From the NCBI GenBank assembly GCA_900617105.1, contig UYFQ01000271.1, forward strand, positions 1 through 56,560: a DNA stretch of 56,560 nt, in the 5' to 3' direction. Positions 1 through 24,287 of the stretch are shown piece after piece. Below the pieces are notes generated by a model, which had not been told where the DNA came from, searched no databases, and saw nothing but the letters and a program-made list of their open reading frames with translations. Numbering within the stretch: the first letter of the stretch is position 1; every line of letters begins with the position of its first letter. Made by a program: the position numbers and the translations under genes. The stretch is from Hydrurus foetidus (lineage: Eukaryota).

Positions 1-1240
1 TTAAATGTTTGCTTATCTTCTTCTCTACCACATGCGTGTTTCTAATTATCAAATACAACCATATTCACTACAATATGTATAAAGAGTGTGATCATTTTCA
101 AAAGTATCACATCTTTTCTCTGAATTTTTATCGAAATGTCCCTTTTTCTCTTATCAATATTTGTCAGAGTGGGCATTCTTCGAGAAAGTGTAGGAGGGTC
201 ATCGACAAATTCACCGTTTTCGTAAACTCAAATAAGTGAACTGAAAATGAGATAAACGTCTAATTAGTTAAATGTTATTGATAGTTTTTATATCGGTTGT
301 TAAGTTTTGAAATGTTTCACCCCATCAGATCTGAGCGAACTTACAGAATTAGGTAATCTTACCCACTAAGAAATGCAAGTGAAATTTATATTACCACAGA
401 CTCAATACTCAACAAGAATTTTACGCTAAAAATCTAACCATAAACAACAATGATCAATGTCTAATCTCTTACTTCGTGTCGTCTCCTCCCTCGTAAATAA
501 TTATCACTTATTTAGTCTACCGAAAGTTTGTGAAAATGACTGGAGGTTACGTGTCTATTACTTCATGTTGATGCTCACTTCTTCTTTGATAATGTGTTCA
601 GAGAGTGCATCTATCTGCGATGCAATTTATGTAACTTTTATATTAATTCACATCGATTTATCTGCCTAAAAGAAAAATTATTATGCCCATACTAGAATTT
701 AGACTGTCATAATAGTGAATAGATTCTATGTATGTTCCTTTTATTATCTCAGTAATCTTTACCGATCATTCCATTATTTAAATTGACGGGAGTAGTTTGT
801 GGCCTATGAAATCTTAGAAGTCGCTTATACGCAGCCTTGAAATCGATGACGCAATATACCCTCCCATTCTGATCGTTGAAGCTTTGCTGTAACAACAACG
901 GTTGCATCGTGTCATAAATGGACAATTTTGTTGCACACAAATGTTCATAGCGTGGTAATAGTAGTGGGTTGAGAATGGTAACATGCAACAACATAAGATT
1001 AATTACAAATGCTGCCAGAGCCGAAAGTAATCATCTTGACTTCAAAGATCTTCAATCATGTAAACTATTCGTCGAAAAATTGATGGCAACTCTAAGTTCA
1101 TCTTTTCCCATGTAAGTAAGCTTCTCCTCCGTAAATGTGGCTACTATCATAATGACATATGTGCGTCTTGAGGCTCTTGGTCCCGTGTTACTGCAGGGCG
1201 GGCTTCAACGAATACTCAACTGTTCTCTGATTCGGCAAAT

Positions 1241-2186
<946 letters not shown>

Positions 2187-2360
2187 TGAATTGTGTTCTT
2201 CTACGAGGAGATGATAGATCAGAGATCAGCAACCATGATATTCCATGTTCGGAAGTTAACTCGGAGAATATCTTGCATCCTAGTCAGAGGAATGTTATGC
2301 AGGTAGGCACTACTCTGAATCTGAATCTTCCATGATTAGGAATGAAAAAATAAAAGATTG

Positions 2361-2406
2361 AAAAATGAAAAATGAAAAATGAAAAATGAAAAATGAAAAA
2401 TGAAAA
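2361..2406. repeat. (AAAAATG)n heptamer microsatellite in the 347-bp divergent intergenic spacer
   Basis: About 6 tandem aaaaatg units read directly. Confidence 0.9.
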
Positions 2407-2505
2407 TTCAAGCCCCGCAGAGAAGTACGCTGTGTAGCACACCGGCATGTAAGCTAGGATGTCATCGAAATCTACTATCAGTGCTACATCACAATCTTTC
2501 GAACA

Positions 2506-4320
2506 ATGAAGCATATCGTAGCCTCCCGTCTCCTAGCAGCTGTCTGCTTGATCGCCTTCGGTTGCAACCACTCCAGCGCAACCACCCCTGCGCGATCTCC
2601 AACCGGAAGCAGTCTCATCGAACCGGCACCTCCTGCTCTCAAAATTCAGCCGAAAATTCCTGGCCCTTCCAAAGATGCCTCAAAACCAAAAACTAGTGCA
2701 GCGTCTATCACGCCAGTCGCCCCAGGCAAAGCCGTTAAGCGCCCTAAGAAATCTGGGCCACAGATTCCTCTCAATCCTCCACTCCCACCGCCGAATACCT
2801 TCCCTACAGTACCAGTCATTCCAGAAATTCCGGTCGATCCTATTAGCCCGCCAAAAATTGATTTTCCGATCAAGCCACCTGCACTTGAAGATCCAATGAA
2901 TCCATTGGCAGAAAACATGCCGGCACCGCCAGGAATGAAAGGAGGACCCATTAATCCTTCAGATATTTCAAAATTAGCTAAGCAAACTCCTGCCCTTCCG
3001 GAAGTACCAACTCTTCCAACTCTTCCGAGATTGCCAACCCCTCCAACTCTTCCAACTCTTCCGACAATGCCAACTCCTCCTACGCTTCCAACTCTTCCGA
3101 CATTGCCAACTCCTCCTACTCTTCCGACATTTCCAACTCTTCCAACCGTACCGACAACACCGACTCTTCCTGTAGTGCTTGACAAAAATTCCGACAACTT
3201 TTTCATTTCACGAGCAGCCTCAAATCCAGCCATGCCGTCGACTGCTCCAACATCACCAACATCTGACTTACCCATCGTAGTCATTGACATGCCTGAAATT
3301 CCAACGACAATAGTCATTCCTCCTCTCCCTTCATTTCCTCCTGTCCTACCATCTATGCCAGAGATCCCGACTACTATCACCATTCCAGCTATTCCATCCG
3401 ACCCACAGATGCCTGAAATTCCAACCACTATCGATGTTCCCCCTCTCCCTTCCTTTCCCCCTGTCATTTCATCCAACCCGAACATGCCTGAAATTCCGAC
3501 AACCATCACGATTCCAGTCATTCCCTCTGATCCAGAAGTGCCTGAAATTCCAACCACTGTTACTATTCCTGCCATTCCATCTGACCCAAGCATGCCTGAA
3601 ATGCCGACAACAGTAAACGTTCCTCCTCTCCCTTCATTCCCTCCCGCCATCTCATCCATACCAAATATGCCAGAGATCCCTACAACCATCACGATCCCCT
3701 CAACTCCAACCACCATTAAGATTCCTGCTCTACCATCTATGCCAACACTTCCTATCTTCGCATCTACACCTGCTTTTCGATCTGGTCCACCTGGTCCTCC
3801 TCAACCATCGAACATGACTGCTATAACCGTCCCAAAGACTGCAGCAACATCTACCAATCCGGACTCTGGCTTATTCGGCAATCTTTTTTGTTTCACGCCT
3901 CAAAATAGTATGATGACAAAATATGGCTGCTGGTAAGTTATTGCAACAGAAAATGCTTTTCCATCCATGCATGTCATCTTGAAAAATAAGTTACTTATTT
4001 GATGACGTATATTTGATGAAATATATCAACTTACTCTTGAGAATTCATCTGTCAGTACCCACCTGATATGTAAAAAGAATCTTGTTTGAATTTCACGCAA
4101 AACCCATAACATCATCTGTTTATTTGACTAACGTATGTACATTTTAAATATTGGATCATTATTTAGTGCGGACGGCACACCCAAGGTCCAGTGCAATTCT
4201 ATTACATTGAAGAGCACGGATGCGCATATGCGAGGATTCGACCTATATTGCTGCTGTGGCGAAGGAGCGAGAAGCGGTGTTCCGACATGTCGTATCGATT
4301 ACACATGCGACTGCAATTAA
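2506..4320 (+). CDS. Secreted Pro/Thr-rich mucin/extensin-like protein with a C-terminal 10-Cys domain; 2 exons (2506-3932, 4167-4320), 526 aa
   Basis: Signal-peptide-like N-terminus (MKHIVASRLLAAVCLIAFGC), a (PTX)n block and recurring MPEIPTT / PPLPSFPP units. The apparent ORF stop lies inside a donor site (TG|gtaagt). The acceptor atttag|T at 4167 restores the frame: YGCCADGTPKVQC...YCCCGEG...CRIDYTCDCN*. Confidence 0.85.
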
Positions 4321-5481
4321 AATAGTTATTTTATTATTTTGATGGTGGTGGAGAAGACTCATAATTCAATGACACTGTATTTCAATTGAATTCATGGCTA
4401 GTGAGTCTCTCCTCTTATCATCTAACATTTAATATTTCTCATGTTCAATCGTAATTATGGGCAGAGAATGTAGTCTTTGGTAAAGTAGTTCACATTACAA
4501 AGTATGCTTGATCGAATATTGACAGCCATTTTTATCTAGTTTCACATGGTTTACTTTCATGCAATATTTTTTGGTATTTTGTGGCATTAATATTTTCAAT
4601 TTATGATTTTATCCGCATTATCAGCTGTCACATAGTATCAATCTGACATCTTATATGACATTATCCAGCCCTCAGTCACCACCCGTACCTTTTACCTCCA
4701 CCCCACGTATGTACTGTATTACTTTATACAGTAGCTCAGGAAATCACATCCATTTCTCTTCATTTATTCCACAATATCACTACTTTATTTCGCTGAAAAT
4801 GTAACATTATCAATTTGACTGAATGAAAAAAGATGCATCTTTCAGTCTTCTAGAGTTGTTCAAATCGAATTGATGGGAAAGTCAGAACTTGGCAGTAACG
4901 AGATCAACATTTTGCTTATTCATCGCTCGGGCTGATTCTCGACATAGCCTCTTTCGAGTTCGTACCATTATCATAAATACAGCGCATAAAATGTTACCGA
5001 TCGATAAGTAAAATTGAGCCGTATCAAAGTAGTACAGAACGAAAGAAAAAAATCCTTTTAAAAATGAAAACTATCTGGAGGTGAGATTACTTTGATTTAT
5101 TTAGCTTTGGTGGTATATTTCACAAATAGGAACGGAACATAAGCAACAATCCCAGTCTTATCCACAATACTTTGTTGCACTATCCTTAATTGACGAAAAG
5201 TTTAAATGCATATTCAATATCATCGAACACATAATCTTACGCAATGTATAGACAAACAGTCGTTACGAAATATCACTCACAAGTCATTCGAATTACTTTA
5301 TCCCTTCATCTCTTTCTCTTTCTGAACATATTTCCTGCACTTCTCTCTACTTACTCTACTCTCGTCCTCCCAATCATAAGTAATCCTTGCTTTTCCAAAA
5401 AACGTTCGTCATATCCTAACTTTTTCTTACACTCCCTCTTCCTCTTTTTCTTCCTCTTTTTATTTTCTTCTTCATTTCTGG

Positions 5482-17796
<12,315 letters not shown>

Positions 17797-18722
17797 TGCA
17801 CAGGTCCTAAAGAGTCAATGAGTCATTACATTAGCCGATATCGATGTGGCCTTCTTTAGATAGTACTGCTCCTCGTCTTACCTCCAATATGATTCGGATT
17901 TCTTTCCTATTATCAAAAGCCTCAAATTTGATCAGTGCTGGACTTCACCCTCTGAATGGTTGTGAATGCTAGAACTTAATCCTTTCAGTCGAGTAATTGT
18001 ATTACTGCCTCAGCGAACCTCGAAGGAATTGTATTGAGCTCTGTGAACGGAACTCAGTTCTCTACTCGGTGATGAGTTTTCTGTTCGATATAATCCCAAT
18101 TTACGCCTCGTAGTTGTAAACTTGTGCAGAGTGATCGATCGATCAATTTCAAAAAAGTCACCATAGAAGTGAGGCATTCGTTCGAAGTTCAAAGAAGTCA
18201 AAGAAGATGCTTGAAGAATTTCCTCGACTTGATTTTTTCTTTCATTTCTTCGATTCTCTTTTTGTTTTTTGTGTGACTGCGCGGGTTCTGGGGTCCAGAT
18301 TCTAGACCAGTTCTTGATCTGGGGTCTGGGGTACATAATACGTATGTACAAAATCCTACTTTCTTCTGGTGTTCAGTTAAGTATATGGAAAAGATGGAAC
18401 AGTTGATTGGAGTAATCCTGCAATTTATTATACCGCGCAAGTAGAAGCTATTACCGTTGAAAAACAAAGCAAGAAAACCAAGAGGATGAAATAAATCATA
18501 TAACATACAGTGAACTATTGAAATAAATGAGGAGATTGTAGTTGAAGATGCGTGAGATGGTCATAGAATTTTCCAACTCAAACCATCAACAAGAAATCCT
18601 CTACATAAGGCCCTTTTCTGCCACCAAAAATGGATGAGTGCGATAAAATTCTTATGAAAATAAAACTCTACGTGATTTTATCACAATCTAACGCGACTCT
18701 TTTTAGTGACACTTTTTCCACC

Positions 18723-21700
18723 TTAGTTCTTGGTCATGAAATGAGGGGTCCAGCCAACGAATTTGGCGACCACTGGTGATGATGTCACTGGCGACACAGT
18801 GGCCCGGACAACAGGAGCAGTCGTAACTAATACTGGGTCAGCCGAAGCTTCCGGTAAGATCTCGGGGGATGACGACATCTCTGGTAATACGGTAACCAAC
18901 TCTACCGGAGCCTCCGGTACAATCTCAGGAGTTGACACCACAGCAACCGGGGCAGCCGCAACCTCCGGTACAATCTCAGGAGTTGACACCACGGCAACTG
19001 GGGCAGCCGCAACCTCCGGTACAATCTCAGGAGTTGACACCACGGCAACTGGGGCAGCCGCAACCTCCGGTACAATCTCAGGAGTTGACACCACAGCAAC
19101 CGGGGCAGCCGCAACCTCCGGTACAATCTCAGGAGTTGACACCACGGCAACTGGGGCAGCCGCAACCTCCGGTACAATCTCAGGAGTTGACACCACGGCA
19201 ACTGGGGCAGCCGCAACCTCCGGTACAATCTCAGGAGTTGACACCACGGCAACTGGGGCAGCCGCAACCTCCGGTACAATCTCAGGAGTTGACACCACGG
19301 CAACTGGGGCAGCCGCAACCTCCGGTACAATCTCAGGAGTTGACACCACAGCAACCGGGGCAGCCGCAACCTCCGGTACAATCTCAGGAGTTGACACCAC
19401 GGCAACTGGGGCAGCCGCAACCTCCGGTACAATCTCAGGAGTTGACACCACGGCAACTGGGGCAGCCGCAACCTCCGGTACAATCTCAGGAGTTGACACC
19501 ACGGCAACTGGGGCAGCCGCAACCTCCGGTACAATCTCAGGAGTTGACACCACGGCAACTGGGGCAGCCGCAACCTCCGGTACAATCTCAGGAGTTGACA
19601 CCACGGCAACTGGGGCAGCCGCAACCTCCGGTACAATCTCAGGAGTTGACACCACGGCAACTGGGGCAGCCGCAACCTCCGGTACAATCTCAGGAGTTGA
19701 CACCACGGCAACTGGGGCAGCCGCAACCTCCGGTACAATCTCAGGAGTTGACACCACGGCAACTGGGGTAGCCGCAACCTCCGGTACAATCTCAGGAGTT
19801 GACACCACGGCAACTGGGGCAGCCGCAACCTCCGGTACAATTTCAGGAGTTGACACCACGGCAACTGGGGCAGCCGCAACCTCCGGTACAATCTCAGGAG
19901 TTGACACCACGGCAACTGGGGCAGCCGCAACCTCCGGCGTAGTTGCATCGTGAACTTCTGGAATGTAAAGGAATCGCACAGGTGACAATAAACTTAAATG
20001 GTTGAATACTGAGTGTTCTAAATGGTACGAACGTATGCAACAGGTCAAAATCGAATATTTCATCACACAGTTTCTCAACTAAAAAGTAAGATCAATCAGA
20101 CATAATTGCATCCCCACCAGAAAAAGAAATTCAAAGCTGTTCACTCATGGTATGTATTGATTTTCTTACCTTCTACAGGAGCAGGAGTAGCGTGTTTGGA
20201 ATCTCTATCATTGGCGAGAATTTCACCAAGCTCTGATAAAAAAATCAATCAGTAAGGTATAACTAAATAAAGATCTAGGAGATATAGCACCACAACTCCA
20301 GCATAAAAAAAATAAGATCATGATGAATACTAGCAATACAAAGCAATATCATCAGTATCATCAACAAATGTATACCGGATGTGGCCGATGAAGGTCCAAA
20401 GATTTTTTCCACTGTGATGCCTGCGAGGTTGGGAACTTTCGCATCTGCATTTAAACTGAAAATAAACGCATACAAAACACAAATTACAAAGTTAATAAAA
20501 TCAAAAAGAATGCCTTGAGAATACAATGTAGGAGAGAACTTAAACATCGATGCGAATATCAAGGTGTAATAAAGATTTCGTAAGTTGATTGTCGAACACT
20601 AAAATTATTCTCGTCCCTTCCTAACGGAGTATTTGTAGCTAATGTAGTACAAGTTCATTGCGACAATGTCATCATTCAACCTCGTTAACATCTCTTTCAT
20701 CACAAGATTTATTTATTTATTTTTCTTACCCGTAGAAGTCTTCGGTGGCTGTACTGTCCGTGTACGTGATAATGCACCTGTTTTAAAAAAGAACAAAAGA
20801 ATGAGCAACAAAAAGAGCAAAAACGAGAAATCAAAAACTCAAAATGACAATGCATTCTCACAGTGTAACACTTTTAATTCACACACTGCACCTCATTCCT
20901 GCGCCTTTAGCAGCCTTTAATCCGACAATGGAATCTTCAATGACCACACATCTGATAGATAAGATGTATAGAAACGACAATAAATTCAAATTGGCAATGC
21001 CAATGTGCGAATGAACAACATAAAATATCAATGATAAATGGCGGATTTTGAGAGCGTAAGTACAGACACGTACATTGATGCGGAAACATGCGCACACAAC
21101 CAAACAAATTATGGGATAGATCAATAGATAGACAAGACACATATTCGCACAGACAGCACACCGGACACGCAGACAAATAGGCAGGTACGCAGTCAAACAC
21201 ACAGACAAACTGACAGACAATAAAACGGATAAACAGAGAGACCAAAGGACAGACACAGAGGCGGACAGTAGGACGGATTCACGTTTTTCTGACCTATCAG
21301 CGGGTATGCCAATCAGTTTTTGCGCTGTGTTGTAAATCATCGGGTCGGGTTTCTTCAAAGACACGTCATCGCCTACAAGTGAAGTGGAACAGTGGAGAGG
21401 AGAAATGAGGCAAAAGAAGAGAGAAGGGAAGGGGTAAAGAGAGGAGAGAGGGAAGAGGGAAAAGAAGTGATGAAGAAAGAGGAAATGGAGAAGAAGATAT
21501 CGAGAGGAAATAAAAAGAAGCGCAAAGAGAAAGAGAAAAGGAGAAGTGAGATAGAAGAAAGAGGAAAAAGGAGAGGAACGAGGGAGTAGTTCCCACCTGC
21601 GATAACACAGTCCAACTTTGCCAATCTCTCAGGACCGACAATTTTATTGACCAATTTCTCGAATCCAGCTTTTGTGGCGGCTGAGCAAATGCCCACCTTG

Positions 21701-23604
21701 AGAAAATTAGATGGTTATTTAGGTATTAGATAACTACTGTACTAAATTTAAGCCGTACTCTATGCGGTTTGCTGTAAAGCTAATTTCAGTTCAAAATTTA
21801 GAAACTACCAATTCAGACGTAAGAAAATTCAAAATATCATATTCCGTACCTTGAGTCTAGGGTCCGCGATGGCAGCGTCCATGAGTTCTAGTACCCCAGG
21901 ACGGGCCGAAGCCACCTCCTCTATGATGGCTTTGTAACAACCGGTTTTGAGGTCCTGTGTGTATGAGGGAGGGGAATGTGATGGTGGAGATTACATATTT
22001 GGTGCGTACATTGATATTAATATAAAGGTCAGTATATCATTGCGGAGAATGTGTTTTGATTGGGAAATACACCCAGAGGAATAGATGGACATACATGCAT
22101 GCATACACACATACAAACCACTCTTGTACAACACATACACACATACGCACATACAAATGCACACCTGTAGGTAGTCGACTAGCTTCACTCTTTCCTCTTG
22201 CGCATCATACGAAGGGACAGCAGGGGAGCTAGTAGAGGGCCACACTTTCACCTGCAAATATTGATTGAGAATTGTGTACGTTCAACATTGAAGAGAACGT
22301 ACATGGTAGAGAATGTGTAAGTGTGATGAGATGTGGGGGGGTCGGAGGAGTTCATGAGAGGGCAGTATTGTGGAAGGAAAAAGGTCAGAATGGAGAGGAA
22401 GAAGAATTCTCTGCATAACAAAGACTATTTTTTCAGTCCTCCGTTTTAGCATATTGATTTTCTTCACCTCGTTGTTGAAGTAGTGCATCATCTTCGGTTT
22501 GCCGCCACCCACAGTGTTTTGCAGAATATCGTCTAAGAAACGGAAAATGTGACATGTATGTGTCAGAGATATGTGTTGTGTATATGTTAATTGAATATGG
22601 GATATAAATCGAGCAAGTAAATGATGTTTATGGGATATTAATGAGACAAGTAAATGCTATATAAATAAGTTGTAAGTGGTAAAAAAATACGAGAAAAAGT
22701 GATGTGAATAAGAGTACTAAAATTCTACTACATGAAATTTGTATGATATATGAATGTATGTTGCAAATGAAGTCAATAAAATAGTGTGCAATACACTATA
22801 CAGAATATTGAGATTGATCACATTATTAAGATGGTACGGTGTGGTACGTACAGTACGGTACGGTCCAGATGACATCTTCCCCCGATGGCAGTTTGACCCC
22901 CGCTATTTTGAACGCCTCGTTATACGCCAATCTGTGCAACTCCTAAAAGTGCATGAGAAGAAATATGCTTATTATGACTGTGTTTTGTGTAGTTCTATAG
23001 ATAAATTTGACCTGATTTGATACTCGATGGACATGCACATTTGTACTCAGTGAAGAGTAGAACAGCAGAGTAAAGAAATTTGTCGCTATATATTTGGCAC
23101 CACATTCAGAAACACTTTGTGATACATTCTATGTGGTTGCATTACCTATCATTGGTTTATCAGTGATAACGATGACAACTGCAATACAATTTCAACCAAA
23201 TATTGCTCACTGTTACAGAGAATAATCTATGGACGACAGTGAAGTTCACAACTTCCATATCATCAAATGAATCGACAAGTGCGTGGAAAGATGCTTAAAG
23301 CAGTCTACTTTCGAATTCAAAACGTAGATTGATCTTCCACATTGATGACATCAATGTTTTGAGTCTTCAAAAATGAGTTTCGAACATTCAAGCAAATTAT
23401 CAGGAAAATCATACAGTCGACTGTTACCTCTGTCTCAACGATGACACCATCACAGTCGAAAAGCAGAGCGTACTCAGCCTCTACTGTGGCTCTCCTTCTC
23501 GTCAATGTTTTTTTGTAGTGCTGAGAGTGGTATGATTTGTGTATCATCAAAGATGCACATAAACTCATCTGAGAGACCAAAAACAGTAGGATGTTTGTCC
23601 TCAT
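18723..23604 (-). CDS. cbbY: Plastid-targeted CbbY-like HAD sugar phosphatase with a long C-terminal repeat tail; 12 exons, 729 aa
   Basis: Exons: 23604-23428, 22942-22852, 22532-22468, 22251-22165, 21954-21850, 21696-21597, 21372-21294, 20951-20892, 20777-20730, 20455-20376, 20232-20170, 19957-18723. All introns are GT-AG and phase-consistent, total 2190 nt. Motifs: LLFDCDGVIVETEELHRLAYN, LQNTVGGGKPKM, ARPGV, GDDVSLKKPDPMIY, CVVIEDSIVGLKAAKGAGMRCIITYT..TATEDF. The N-terminus reads as signal peptide (..LCAS|L..) plus a basic transit peptide. Confidence 0.88.
18918..19937 (-). repeat. Coding minisatellite: 20 x 51 bp encoding PEVAAAPVAVVSTPEIV
   Basis: A 1020-bp near-perfect tandem array inside the last cbbY exon, with only a few variant positions. 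Confidence 0.95.
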
Positions 23605-24287
23605 TGTATAGAATATCGATCGATACTGAGGTGCAGGAATGCCGGCTTCTTTAAAGGGCCAGTGACTCTGTGAAGTTCAGCTTGAAGTTGCTGATCGGTG
23701 AATCTTGATCCCTAGTCGATGAAGCGAAAATGATTAGATAAAGTTTGCGAGAGATTTAAAGCAGAAGATTTGAGTTGATGAATTGGAGACAGCAGACCTG
23801 AAAGAAAAGATGTGACTGCTTTTCTGTGTTTTGCTGCAAATCTTGAGTATCTTGCTGGTGCATGTCTCATAAGTCATAAGTGCGTTGATGACGTTCCGAT
23901 TTGGTAGAAATCCTTCTCAAATTAGGTACGACATTAATCCGTGTCTTAGGTCATCATCTGTCATCTCATCAGCTGTTACGGATTATTTGGCGAAAAGTAA
24001 CATTTTCGAAGAGAGGGTTATCAAGCTGAACGATTCAGTGATTCTTCGAATGGGCTGACTATCACTGGGTATCTGAAAAGTACTGCAGCACGTGAAAATT
24101 TAGCTGCTGATTGGTGTATCATCGAGAAGTTTATCTTCGACTTCAAAAGTGCACGAGTGATTTTGATGCGATTTCAGGATCTTACTCCATGACAGTTTTA
24201 CAGCAGCGCAACATTTTCTTCGCTTACCTGCATTGAAGGATTTGCGATCTATCGAAGTAATTAGATCGTGCGACGACCGGAATTACA

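Noticed and set aside
1..1240. Short ORFs and possible splice sites on the minus strand (e.g. 749-994)
   Set aside because: I could not build a stop-free, phase-consistent model and saw no recognisable motif. It may be UTR, decayed gene or intergenic sequence.
2646..3716. Minus-strand Gly/Val-rich 356-aa ORF
   Set aside because: Antisense shadow of the Pro/Thr-rich gene.
18010..18506. ORFs and short tctggggtc repeats between cbbY and the ankyrin gene
   Set aside because: No recognisable domain, terminal inverted repeats or TSD. Probably UTR or promoter sequence.
18918..19937. Possible CRISPR-like array
   Set aside because: Contiguous tandem units with no unique spacers, in a eukaryotic coding exon, and no cas genes.
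18763..19953. Alternative-frame ORFs over the 51-bp array (TTATGAAATSG.., RRLRLPQLPWC.., gluten-like QPQPP..)
   Set aside because: They are open only because the unit length is a multiple of 3 and lacks stops. Only the PEVAAAP frame connects by a proper acceptor to upstream exons and continues into unique sequence.
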